Shown here piece by piece: positions 43,108 through 54,021 of a stretch of 64,000 bases of DNA (positions are counted from its first letter, which is position 1; every line of letters starts with the position of its first letter). The translations under genes and the position numbers were made by a program. Below the pieces are notes generated by a model. The model was not told the DNA's origin. It worked only from the letters and a program-made list of their open reading frames with translations, and searched no databases. Source of the DNA: Podarcis bocagei (Eukaryota); NCBI GenBank assembly GCA_964188305.1, contig OZ076896.1; one strand, given 5' to 3'.

Positions 43108-43360
43108 CTGTATATTTTCACTCTATAAGACGCACCATACCACAAGACGCACCTATTTTTTGGAGGAGGAAAATAAGGGGGGGGGATTCTGAATCCCAGA
43201 AGCCAGAACAGCAATCATTGCGCAGCAAAAGCAATGATCCCTCTTGCTGTTCTCGCTTCTGGGATAGCTGTGCAGCCTGCATTCGCTCCATAAGACGCAC
43301 ACACATTTCTCCTTACTTTTTAGGAGGGAAAAAGTGTGTCTTATAGAGCGAAAAATATGG
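43108..43360. mobile_element. Tc2/pogo-type MITE, family C, short copy
   Basis: TA|CTGTATATTTTCACTCTATAAGACGCAC ... GTGTGTCTTATAGAGCGAAAAATATGG|TA; same terminal regions as 47700-49636. Confidence 0.85.
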
Positions 43361-43460
43361 TAAGTTTGCTCTATTCCCCTTTCTTTTCAGCACCAGGTGA
43401 AACCTTTTTATTTGCCCACACATTTTATGATCTGCTAGCTTGATAACATGATAGCTATAT

Positions 43461-43823
43461 AAAAAGGTAAAGGTACCCCTGACCCGTAGGTCCAGTCGCG
43501 GATGATTCTGGGGTTGCGGCATTCATCTCACTCTATAGGCCGAGGGAGCTGGCGTTTGTCCACAGACAGCTTCCAGGTCATGTGGCCAGCATGACTAAGC
43601 TGCTTCTGGCAAACCAGAGCAGCGCACGGAAACGCCGTTTACCTTCCCGCTGGAGCGGCACCTATTTATGTACTTGCACTTTGACATGCTTTTGAACTGC
43701 TAGGTGGGCAGGAGCAGGGATTGAGCAACGAGAGCTCACCCCATCACAGGGATTCGAACCACCGGCCTTCTGATCAGCAAGCCCTAAGCTCTGTGGTTTA
43801 GATCACAGTGCCACCCACGTCTC
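43461..43823 (-). mobile_element. Sauria SINE
   Basis: homology plus 12-bp TSD TGATAGCTATAT (43449-43460, 43824-43835). Confidence 0.93.
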
Positions 43824-44204
43824 TGATAGCTATATGATTTAAGCTTAATATAAGACACTTTGAGAGTGTCTACCAAAAAGTGGTTGCTGTATCACCTAAA
43901 TAAATATACATATATTTTGTCCACATTCATAAGACATCTGAAGTCAAGGTCAGCAGGTGCATCTTGCAGGCTTTTATAGCTCTCGCCTTTCAAATCCAGC
44001 TTGGGAAAACAACTCACTCATATTTTCAGCCTCTGAGCTTTCTGCATTCAAATCACCTCAATTACTTCCATTAAAAATTAAAATGGTTAGGTTTTAAATT
44101 ACTTTAAAATTCATTTCAGCTCAATTGTTTTTCTAATCTCTGGAATTCTGGTGAATTATCCATTCAGGCCACACCCACACAAAAAACACATACCATACAC
44201 ACAT

Positions 44205-44206
<2 letters not shown>

Positions 44207-44249
<43 letters not shown>
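44207..44249. repeat. (CA)n microsatellite
   Basis: directly visible. Confidence 0.97.
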
Positions 44250-44250
<1 letters not shown>

Positions 44251-46003
44251 TTTGCTAACACAAGCTGCCTTGCTATTTTGTTTTCAGTGCTGTTCCCTTT
44301 ACTAATATGATTTCTCTGTTGACAATATGTGTACCACTTTCCATTCCTGGCAGAGTGGCATTTTGTCCTTTAGGTTGCATTCAGTCATTAGTCTGTACAC
44401 TACCAAAAATGACTAATGCCAAATAACTGAATCCTGCCAACAATGTAAAACAGTGAATAATGTCGGATCATGCTGAGAAAAAGTAGTGTGTGGTCCACAA
44501 ATTCTCTGCTAGCTGAGCATGAACTGAATTCTAATGTGAACCGCAGGAGGTTTTACAAGTTTTATTTTTAATTGCTGTTCACTTGTCCTTATTAAAATTG
44601 CTTAATTAATGTGCCTCCAATACACTGACAATTGGAAGTCAGTAAGAAATGAATGCCATGTTTTGTTTTGTTTTTAAAGTGTTCCTTTCATTGCCATGGT
44701 AGTCAAACTTCATTTTGGAATCCAGCACACAAAATTACAGCTTTAACAGTGAATATTCCTGTTTAGAAAACACCCTAAAGTTAATGCTATAACCCTGAAT
44801 CGAAACATTCCTATTAAAGTTGATTGACCAGCACAGAATTTGTTTACGCAAGTTCTGATATACCAATTGGGAGCAAGGCAGATTTTTATTCATGTCTCTG
44901 AGGTCCAACACCAGCCACAGCATTGCCTTGCTTATATTGATAAATGTGACTGACATGGAGTTATGCTTCAAGGACAAAACTTATTATAATATGCTTGAGC
45001 AAAATACATAACGGCAAAACTGAAGGAGATATTTCCTTCTCACTGTTGATTTTCTGCCTAATACATGTATCGTTGTTGGGTGCGCTGTGTGTCTCGCGGT
45101 TGGGTTTACAACAATTCTGAACGAGGTTGCACTCCTCCTGACAGAGCAGGTGAGGAGTTTTGGGCACACTTCTGGTGTGTGTACATGGTTAAGAGATGCC
45201 CTTTTTCAACTGTGGCTAGTCTGATAGCTTTGTATTTTCCTGGCAAAAGCAGAGCTCGCCATGGCTATTCATGGTTTAGTGACCTCAAGATGAGATCCCT
45301 GCAACATATTCTCTATGGGCCTGCCATTGAAAAGCATCCAGTTAATGCAAAATCCAGTGGCCAGAATGTTGATGGGAACTAGGCATTTATCACACTAGTT
45401 TTATGTTACATGTGCATGCTGCCAATATGCTTCTGTGATCAACTGAGAGTGCTGCTGGTAACCATTAAATGGTCTTGGTACTGGTACCTTAACGACTGGT
45501 TTACTGCAATGTATTCCTTTTGACGCTTCCCTTGTGCTTAACTCAGAAGTGCATCAGGGTTGCTGACTGAACTATTCTGTTGATACTATGTATGATATAA
45601 CACCCCTGCACTGACTGCCAATATTAAGCCAGGTGCAATTCAAAGTTTCTCTATTAACATTTTAAACCCTAGACAACCTGAGACTAGCACACCCCATATA
45701 TTACAGCCTGGCAGCTGCATTGCTTAAAACAGTGCCACATACCACAGACATGCTTAGATTGTACTAGAAATTGTTATTTTAGGGTTTGGGCTTCAGCCCT
45801 TGTAAAGAAGTCCCACAGCCATGATGTTTAGGTGCCTACTGAAGACCTCATTGTTTAAAACTTTCCCTTCCAGTCATTTGTGGAAGGTTAATTATACATC
45901 TGTAGAAATGGTTTTATTGATTGAATGGTTGTAGGAATGCTTTTGTTTTTAGACTTTTTTTGGGGGGGGGGGTTATCTCATTTTTATCTTGTGCACCATT
46001 TTG

Positions 46004-47161
46004 TTTTTTGTTTTGTTTTTTATATACAGTGGTGCCCCGCAAGACGAATGCCTCGCAAGATGGAAAACCCGCTAGATGAAAGGGTTTTCCGTTTTTGAGC
46101 TGCTTCGCAAGACGATTTTCCCTATGGGCTTGCTTTGCAAGACGAAAACGTCTTGCGAGTGTTCCGATTTTTTTCCGCTTCCCCCCCCTTTTTCTAAGCC
46201 GCTAAGCCGCTAATAGCCTTTTAGCCGCTAATCCGCTAAGCCTTTAATAGCCGCTAAACCGCTAATAGCACTAATCCGCTAAGCCGCTAATAGAGTTGCT
46301 TCGCAAGACGAAAAAACTGCTAGACGAAGAGACTCGTGGAACGGATTAATTTCGTCTTGCGAGGCACCACTGTATAATTTTTATTTATTTTCCATTTAAT
46401 ATTGCACATTCACATCATCATTATCCACTATACCACCTTGGCTCTTTACAGCCTATCAGCTTCCTTCCCTCCTGCCTCATGGCTTTCGAAATTAACCTTT
46501 ATATCATTGCAATTTATACGTTTTCCAGTTCTAATCACATTCATTGCAGAATGGCTCAAAATTTAAATAGATATACAAAGGTAGAAAAATTCTCATTACA
46601 AGTCTTCAGACAACCCTGCTAGTGATGTTAATTGTTTACAATAATCTTTCATATATTGTATGAATTTGCTCCAATCCTTTTGGAATACTTGATCATGCTG
46701 GTTCCAGATTTTTCCTGTCAGCTTCGCCAGTTCTGCAAAGTCCATCATCTTCATCTGCCACTCTTCTTTCATTGGTACTTCTTGTTGTTTCCATTTTTGG
46801 GCTAAAAGGATTCTTGCCGCAGTTGTTGCATACGTGAACAGTCTTTTATCCTCTCTTGGTATCTTTTCAACCACTATACCCAGTAAAAAGGCTTCTGGTT
46901 TTTTGACAAAAGTATTTTTAAACATTTTCTTTGACTCATTATATATCATTTCCCAGAAAGTCTTTACCTCTTTACATGTCCACCACATATGATAGAAAAT
47001 ACCTTCCTTTTCTTTACATTTCCAACACTCATTAGTTTTTGTTCTATACATTTTTACCAATTTCGATGGTGTTAAATACCACCTATACATCATTTTCATA
47101 ACATTTTTTTTAAGTGCACTGCATGCTGTGAAGTTAATACCTTCTTTCCATAGGCTTTTCC
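46004..47161 (-). mobile_element. L1-clade LINE 5'-truncated copy (ORF2 C-terminal CCHC region plus 3'UTR), with a MITE inside its polyA tail
   Basis: ORF 46596-47099 CWKCKEKEGIFYHMWWTC (zf-RVT-type knuckle) ...PEAFLLG...YATTAARILLAQKWK; T-rich tail; 18-bp TSD ATCTTGTGCACCATTTTG (45986-46003, 47162-47179). Confidence 0.92.
46027..46372 (+). mobile_element. pogo/Tigger-type MITE, family B
   Basis: TA|CAGTGGTGCCCCGCAAGACGAA...TTCGTCTTGCGAGGCACCACTG|TA; internal CGCAAGACG and CCGCTAA repeats. Confidence 0.9.
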
Positions 47162-47195
47162 ATCTTGTGCACCATTTTGATGGCTTTTGGCTATA

Positions 47196-47532
47196 CAGTG
47201 GTGCCTCGCAAGACGAAAATAATCCGTTCCGCGAGTCTCTTCGTCTAGCGGTTTTTTTGTCTTGCGAAGCAACCCTATTAGCGGCTTAGCGGATTAGCGC
47301 TATTAGCGGTTTAGCGGCTATTAAAGGCTTAGCAGCTAAAAAGCTATTAGCAGCTTAGCAGCTTAGAAAAAGGGGGGGAAGCGAAAAAAATCGCAAGACT
47401 CGCAAGACTTTTTCATTTTGCAAAGCAAGCCCATAGGGAAATTCGTCTTGCGAAGCGCATCGAAAAACGGAAAACCCTTTCGTCTAGCGAGTTTTTCGTC
47501 TTGCGAGGCATTCGTCTTGCGGGGCACCACTG
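47196..47532 (-). mobile_element. pogo/Tigger-type MITE, family B (inverted relative to the 46027 copy)
   Basis: TA|CAGTGGTGCCTCGCAAGACGAA...TTCGTCTTGCGGGGCACCACTG|TA. Confidence 0.9.
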
Positions 47533-47699
47533 TAAAATGGTTGATGCTGCTGCTGCTGCTGACGGCTTGGGATCTGGACACCTTAAAAAACAACAACACA
47601 CAACCACTTTCCCATGTCATTGTACTGAAAGATTTCATTAGGAAACTTCCTCCCCTCAAAATGATGATGATGATGATGATGATGATGATAATAATAATA

Positions 47700-49634
47700 C
47701 CGTATTTTGCGCCCCATAAGACGCTCCGGCCCATAAGACGCACCTAGTTTTTTGGGGGGGAAATAAAGGAAAAAAATTATTTCCCCCCCAGGCGCGGGGC
47801 TGGGGCAGCCCGAGCTTCCCCCGACCCCAGCCCCCAAACAGGCAGCTCTCTGCAAGCCGTGGGAGCCCAGCGGTGGTTCCCGCTGCTTGAGGAGAGATCC
47901 GCGAAGCCTGCACGTGCTGGGATCAGCGCTTGCAGGCTTCGGGATGCCTGCAACTCTCCCCAAGCAGTGGGAACGTTCCCGCTGCTTGGGGAGAGATCCG
48001 CGAAGCCTGCGCGTGCTGGGATCAGCGCTTGCAGGCTTCGGGATGCCGGCAACTCTCCCCAAGCAGTGGGAACGTTCCCGCTGCTTGGGGAGAGATCCGC
48101 GAAGCCTGCGCGTGCTGGGATCAGCGCGCGCAGGCTTCGGGATGCCTGCAACTCTCCCCAAGCAGTGGGAACGTTCCCGCTGCTTGGGGAGAGATCCGCG
48201 AAGCCTGCGCGTGCTGGGATCAGCGCGCGCAGGCTTCGGGATGCCTGCAACTCTCCCCAAGCAGTGGGAACGTTCCCGCTGCTTGGGGAGAGATCCGCGA
48301 AGCCTGCGCGTGCTGGGATCAGCGCGCGCAGGCTTCGGGATGCCTGCAACTCTCCCCAAGCAGTGGGAACGTTCCCGCTGCTTGGGGAGAGATCCGCGAA
48401 GCCTGCGCGTGCTGGGATCAGCGCGCGCAGGCTTCGGGATGCCTGCAACTCTCCCCAAGCAGTGGGAACGTTCCCGCTGCTTGGGGAGAGATCCGCGAAG
48501 CCTGCGCGTGCTGGGATCAGCGCTTGCAGGCTTCGGGATGCCTGCAACTCTCCCCAAGCAGTGGGAACGTTCCCGCTGCTTGGGGAGAGATCCGCGAAGC
48601 CTGCACGTGCTGGGATCAGCGCTTGCAGGCTTCGGGATGCCTGCAACTCTCCCCAAGCAGTGGGAACGTTCCCGCTGCTTGGGGAGAGATCCGCGAAGCC
48701 TGCACGTGCTGGGATCAGCGCTTGCAGGCTTCGGGATGCCGGCAACTCTCCCCAAGCAGTGGGAACGTTCCCGCTGCTTGGGGAGAGATCCGCGAAGCCT
48801 GCACGTGCTGGGATCAGCGCTTGCAGGCTTCGGGATGCCTGCAACTCTCCCCAAGCAGTGGGAACGTTCCCGCTGCTTGGGGAGAGATCCGCGAAGCCTG
48901 CACGTGCTGGGATCAGCGCTTGCAGGCTTCGGGATGCCGGCAACTCTCCCCAAGCAGTGGGAACGTTCCCGCTGCTTGGGGAGAGATCCGCGAAGCCTGC
49001 ACATGCTGGGATCAGCGCTTGCAGGCTTCGGGATGCCGGCAACTCTCCCCAAGCAGTGGGAACGTTCCCGCTGCTTGGGGAGAGATCCGCGAAGCCTGCA
49101 CGTGCTGGGATCAGCGCTTGCAGGCTTCGGGATGCCTGCAACTCTCCCCAAGCAGTGGGAACGTTCCCGCTGCTTGGGGAGAGATCTGCGAAGCCTGCAC
49201 GTGCTGGGATCAGCGCTTGCAGGCTTCGGGATGCCGGCAACTCTCCCCAAGCAGTGGGAACGTTCCCGCTGCTTGGGGAGAGATCCGCGAAGCCTGCACG
49301 TGCTGGGATCAGCGCGCGCAGGCTTCGGGATGCCTGCAACTCTCCCCAAGCAGTGGGAACGTTCCCGCTGCTTGGGGAGAGATCCGCGAAGCCTGCACGT
49401 GCTGGGATCAGCGCTTGCAGGCTTCGGGATGCCGACAACTCTCCCAAAGCAGTGGGAACGTTCCCGCTGCTTGAGGAGAGGTCCGCGAAGCCTGGAGAGC
49501 GAGAGGGGTCGGTGCGCACCTACCGCTCTCGCTCTCCAGGCTTCAGCGAAAGCCTGCATTCGCCCCATAAGACGCACCCACATTTCCCCTTCATTTTTGG
49601 AGGGGAAAAGTGCGTCTTATAGGGCGAAAAATAC

Positions 49635-49636
<2 letters not shown>
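47700..49636. mobile_element. Tc2/pogo-type MITE, family C, with expanded internal minisatellite
   Basis: TA|CCGTATTTTGCGCCCCATAAGACGC ... GCGTCTTATAGGGCGAAAAATACGG|TA, inserted in a (TAA)n tract; CCGTATTT termini resemble Tc2/MER104-type TIRs. Confidence 0.88.
47878..49494. repeat. 99-bp tandem repeat, 16 full units plus a partial unit, two hairpins per unit
   Basis: GAGATCC anchor at 47894, 47993 ... 49379 (exact 99-bp period; one unit has GAGATCT); degenerate 17th start at 49478. Confidence 0.98.
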
Positions 49637-49679
<43 letters not shown>

Positions 49680-49747
49680 TTCTGCTCGTAAAGTGTAAGG
49701 CCTGTGTACTTCCCTTCATCCTTTTTTGTCCGTGTGCTTTGACGCAG

Positions 49748-49849
49748 TGCTTTGTACTCTGAAAGGGTTAATCATAATGCCATGCGTAATCTAGTCCACA
49801 GTGAGTGCTTGCCTCTCAATTGGCTAGAAGTCCATGGGGTCAACCAAAG
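49748..49849 (+). other. candidate 102-nt cassette exon of an unidentified host transcript
   Basis: long polypyrimidine tract ending GACGCAG| at 49747 and strong donor AAG|GTGAGT at 49850; one open frame (ALYSERVNHNAMRNLVHSECLPLNWLEVHGVNQ), phase 2-2; peptide not recognised. Confidence 0.3.
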
Positions 49850-50427
49850 GTGAGTGTTGTTTATCACAACTGAGCACTACACCTGGCCAATTAATTATAT
49901 GTATGCTGAGAGCTGCTTCTGTGCTGGCAGAAAGCTATTTGGAGACCCAAGAACAATCACTGCATGATTTCTGCCATTATTTAGTGGATATTCTATGCAA
50001 GTGACATTTTTCTCTCATGCATTTTTTGAAAAAAAGAAAATTAGGCTCACCATGCACTTTTAAAACTAGCTGATACACAAACAGCATTATATTTGTGAGG
50101 TTTGTTCACCCACGTTGTCCTGACTCTCCTTCCCACCATGAACAGATTCATGACAGAATATCAATTCTACCCACAATGAGTTTTTCTTATTTATTTTTAT
50201 TTTTTAACTATATCCCACTTTCCATTTATTCTTCTTTTCCAGCAGCTTCTTAAAGTCTTGCCTTTTTAAAAAATAACACCACACTAGCAATGTAGACACA
50301 GGAGGATTAAAAATATAAGTTTACTATGCATAAAATGCTGTGTTTGAATGCATTGTGTTTAAAAGCATTTTGCAAAAGAGAAGTTTGCATTAGGCAAAAG
50401 AGGTTTGTCTCTGGCTAAATGCGGCAA

Positions 50428-50926
50428 TCTTAACAGTATCTTAAAAAGCAGAGGCATCACCTTGCCAACAAAGGTCCGTATAGTTAAAGCCATGGTTTTC
50501 CCGGTAGTGATGTATGGAAGTGAGAGCTGGACCATAAAGAAGGCTGATCGCCGAAGAATTGATGCTTTTTAATTATGGTGCTGGAGGAGACTCTTGAGAG
50601 TCCCATGCAAGAAGATCAAACGCATCCATACTTAAGGAAATTAGCCCTGAGTGCTCACTGGAAGGACAGATCGTGAAGCTGAGGCTCCAATACTTTGGCC
50701 ACCTCATGAGAAGAGACGACTCTCTGGAAAAGACCCTGATTTTGGGAAAGATCGAGGGCACAAGGAGAAGGGGACGACAGAGGACGAGATGGTTGGACAA
50801 TGTTCTCAAAGCTACCAGCATGAGTTTGAGCAAACTGCGGGAGGCAGTGGAAGACAGGAGTGCCTGGCGTGCTCTGGTCCATGGGGTCACGAAGAGTCGG
50901 ACACGACTAAACGACTAAACAACAAC
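50428..50926 (+). mobile_element. BovB LINE 5'-truncated copy
   Basis: KLRLQYFGHLMRRDDSLEKTLILGKIEGTRRRGRQRTRWLD...HGVTKSRTRLND; (CAA)n tail; 11-bp TSD AAATGCGGCAA (50417-50427, 50927-50937). Confidence 0.94.
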
Positions 50927-51609
50927 AAATGCGGCAAAGGAAAGGGTGGGTGTTTTCATTCAGGTTAACTGATGACTCGTCCGTGGAAACCCAAGCAGAT
51001 GAAACTTGAGTCTTTGTCAGTCCTTGGAGCCTGCAACCTGTCATTGATACAGGAAGATGCTTGAATAGGATCTCTTTCTTCATGGACTGCTTTGCTTGCT
51101 TGTTTAAAAACAATATGTTACTTTGTATCTTGTACGAGTTTTTTGGAACTATTTTAAGACTGTTTCCAGGAAAGCTTTGAACTCATTTCATGTGGTGGAA
51201 AGCAAATTCATTTCTACTCTGCACAAGGTCCAGATCAGGAATTCCGTTTGTAGCAACTCTAACAAAGAGCTGCCTCTTTCAGTCTGAACATGCCCCAGTG
51301 GCTGGCACCGAGGCAAAACAGGCAAGATGGACACATAAACTGATATGCTAAGCAAAATACACTTGATTTCATTGTTTTCATTGTTATGGGAATTATAAGG
51401 TCTAAGATATAAAATAAATGCTCATAAATGTACCAGGCAAACAAATACATAAATATATAAACCACATGTCTGAAACAGTACAGGAAAATAGTCCTGAAAC
51501 CATTCTGACTCTCCCAAATTGACCTCAAATGTTTCTCTGCAAAGAGGAAGGAAATAGGAAAACCTCCCCATTGTCTCTTTGCTCACAAATCCTGTCTTAA
51601 GGGCGTATC

Positions 51610-52079
51610 TGTGTATGAATATGGTGAGGCTGTGACCTGGATTCAGGAACTGAGTATTTACCATCACAAAAGAATGCCTAGACTGCCCAGGTAATGCAAT
51701 CAGTGACCATTATCAGGTACCCTGGCAAAGAGGATTTCAGCTGTAGACTGTCTCCTCTGCTGTTGACTGCCTCCTTCTGTGATGTATGTATGATGTTTCA
51801 TGGGGGGTGGTCTTGGGCTACAGGGTGGGCAATTTCAAAAGTCTATATAAGGGCTTGCACACCAATGTTCTGGGTTCCTCCTCCTTCCTGCTTGGGGGTG
51901 TGAGCAACCTGTTGCAACAGTATAATAAAGATCAGGCTTACTAGCCGCTTTGCTTCTCAATATTCTCTGGTTGGCCTCTGTTATTTTCTCCTACTGATAT
52001 AGAACCTACATAAGAACTCTATATGGGCTCTTGGGTACCCCATAAGGGAAAAGGAGCAGTTCCCCCCCCCCTTATAACA
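51610..52079 (+). mobile_element. probable ERV solo LTR
   Basis: TATATAAG at ~51844, AATAAA at ~51924, ends ...TATAACA at 52079; 5' TG terminus and TSD uncertain. Confidence 0.5.
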
Positions 52080-52085
52080 TCATCT

Positions 52086-52441
52086 GTGGGCTGTGGGTAA
52101 AACCTCAGTGCCTAGGACTTGCCGATCGTATGGTCGGCGGTTCAAATCCCTGCGGCGGGGTGAGCTCCCGTCTCTCGGTCCGAGCTCCTGCCCACCTAGC
52201 AGTTCGAAAGCATCCTTAAGTGCAAGTAGATAAATAGGTACCGCTTTATAGCGGGAAGGTAAACGGCGTTTCCGTGTGCTGCACTGGTGCTGGCTTGCCA
52301 GAGCAGCTTCATCATGCTGGCCACGTGACCCAGAAGTGTCTGCGGACAGCGCTGGCTCCCAGCCTCTTAAGTGAGATGAGCGCACAACCCTAGAGTCGGA
52401 CACGACTGGCCCGTATGGGCAGGGGTACCTTTACCTTTATC
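52086..52441 (+). mobile_element. Sauria SINE (distinct subfamily)
   Basis: homology with diagnostic differences; 13-bp TSD TATAACATCATCT (52073-52085, 52442-52454); carries AGAGTCGGACACGACT, identical to the BovB 3' end at ~50893-50908. Confidence 0.92.
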
Positions 52442-53563
52442 TATAACATCATCTTACTATATCAATCTCAAATAAGATCCAATAATGCACCCTAACAGAG
52501 TTATCTCAGATTATTTATTCACAACTGGCATAATTTACTTACATAATCAAATCTTCTTTTCCCTAACATTTGGCCTCCAAATGGATTGCTGGCCTTTGTC
52601 TACTGCAGCACCAACAATGAGGCAATGCCAACCAAATACATATGAGGCATATGTATATACAATCAGAAAAAAAGTGTAGAAATGTTAATGAATACAGTTT
52701 TTGCTTAGGGTTTAAAATCTCTCCGCTCTGCCATGGTACACCAACTTTATGCCAGAGCAGCTGAGATCAAAATTTAACTTATTGTCTTCTCAGCATAAAG
52801 TGCCGGAGGGGATCAAATTTATGACAGTAAAATGGCAGTCCTGTCAGTCTCGCTCTTTTTCAGTTTGTTTGCTGTTCTGAGTCACTGGTCTGAAGATGCA
52901 TGGAATTGAAAAGGAGGGAAATGAAGGGGGGGGGACCAACAACAACCTTTAAAACTTTTTCTCTGTGAATCATCCAGAATTTAAAGGTGGAACCTGAAAT
53001 GTATTTCAGAAAGATTCTAAACTAGATCAAATTAATGGGGTTTTATGGCTAATCCTTGGACAGTTTGAAGGCAGAATTGGTATTAATTTCAAAAGGTGTG
53101 TAGAATCCTGTTGTGGCATATTTTACTTCATTACATGTGAATATAACTGAATTCTACCAAGTTTTATAAAATAAAATGTTGGTTTTTTTAAAAAAAAAAA
53201 TATAGTTGCATTGTATGGAAATAGGATTATATTTTGTGGAATTAAATCACAAAGAACTTTGGCAGGTGGAGGGGACTAAAAAAACTATGAAGAGTATATT
53301 ATTTAAAAAAGGTAAACAGTTCTGAGTGAGGGGTGACTGACTTGGAAACAGACAGTCAAATGAACAATGCAGTCTCTTATTTGCAAAAGGTTGAGGGGTT
53401 TTTTTGCAGTGAGGGGCAGCTCAATGTTAAATCACATGCTTTGCAGGCAGCACCCAGATTCCACCTTCTGCACCTCCAGGTGGGGCTCGGAAATGTCCAC
53501 ATCTGAAACCCTGGAGAGATGCTGCCAGTCTGTGTAAACAGTGTAGACGGTAATGAGCTAGAT

Positions 53564-54021
53564 CAGGCATGTCCTAGGGTTTCAGATGTGTCCCAGGTCG
53601 ACCGCCACCTCCCAGATCGATTCCCGCCCCAACCCCTCAAAAACTCAACAACTTTGGCTCCCTAAAGAAAGCTCAACAATGAACAACTCTAGTCCATCCT
53701 CCAATGACAATGGGTAGATCACTGGCAGTTTTTTTATATATATACAGTGGTACCTCGGGTTACATACACTTTAGGTTACATACGCTTCAGGTTACAGACT
53801 CCGCTAACCCAGAAATAGTACCTCGGGTTAAGAACTTTGCTTCAGGATGAGAACAGAAATCGTGCTCCAGCAGCGCGGCGGCAGCAGGAGGCCCCATTAG
53901 CTAAAGTGGTGCTTCAGCTTAAGAACAGTTTCAGGTTAAGAACAGACCTCCGGAACGAATTAAGTATTTAACCCGAGGTACCATGAGTAGATTGCAGTCT
54001 CTTGGAAGTTGGACGTCCCTG
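53564..54021. mobile_element. hAT-type MITE
   Basis: CAGGCATGTCC ... GGACGTCCCTG TIRs; 8-bp TSD AGCTAGAT/AGCTACAT (1 mismatch). Confidence 0.7.
53745..53985. mobile_element. MITE family A nested in the hAT MITE
   Basis: TA|CAGTGGTACCTCGGGTTA...TAACCCGAGGTACCA; right terminus damaged. Confidence 0.88.

Noticed and set aside
46596-47099. Stand-alone zinc-finger gene
   Set aside because: C-terminus of L1 ORF2 in a 5'-truncated, TSD-flanked insertion
47878-49494. CRISPR-like array or integron attC array
   Set aside because: Units are contiguous and near-identical with no unique spacers or cassettes; vertebrate context; no cas or integrase genes
47583-49698. Five overlapping 514-666 aa ORFs with 33-aa repeats
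   Set aside because: Artefact of a GC-rich 99-bp (multiple of 3) tandem unit that lacks stops in five of six frames; it lies inside a MITE and some ORFs run into microsatellites
52391-52408. Sequence identity between Sauria SINE and BovB 3' ends as a novelty
   Set aside because: Real, but an established SINE-LINE partnership; used only as supporting evidence
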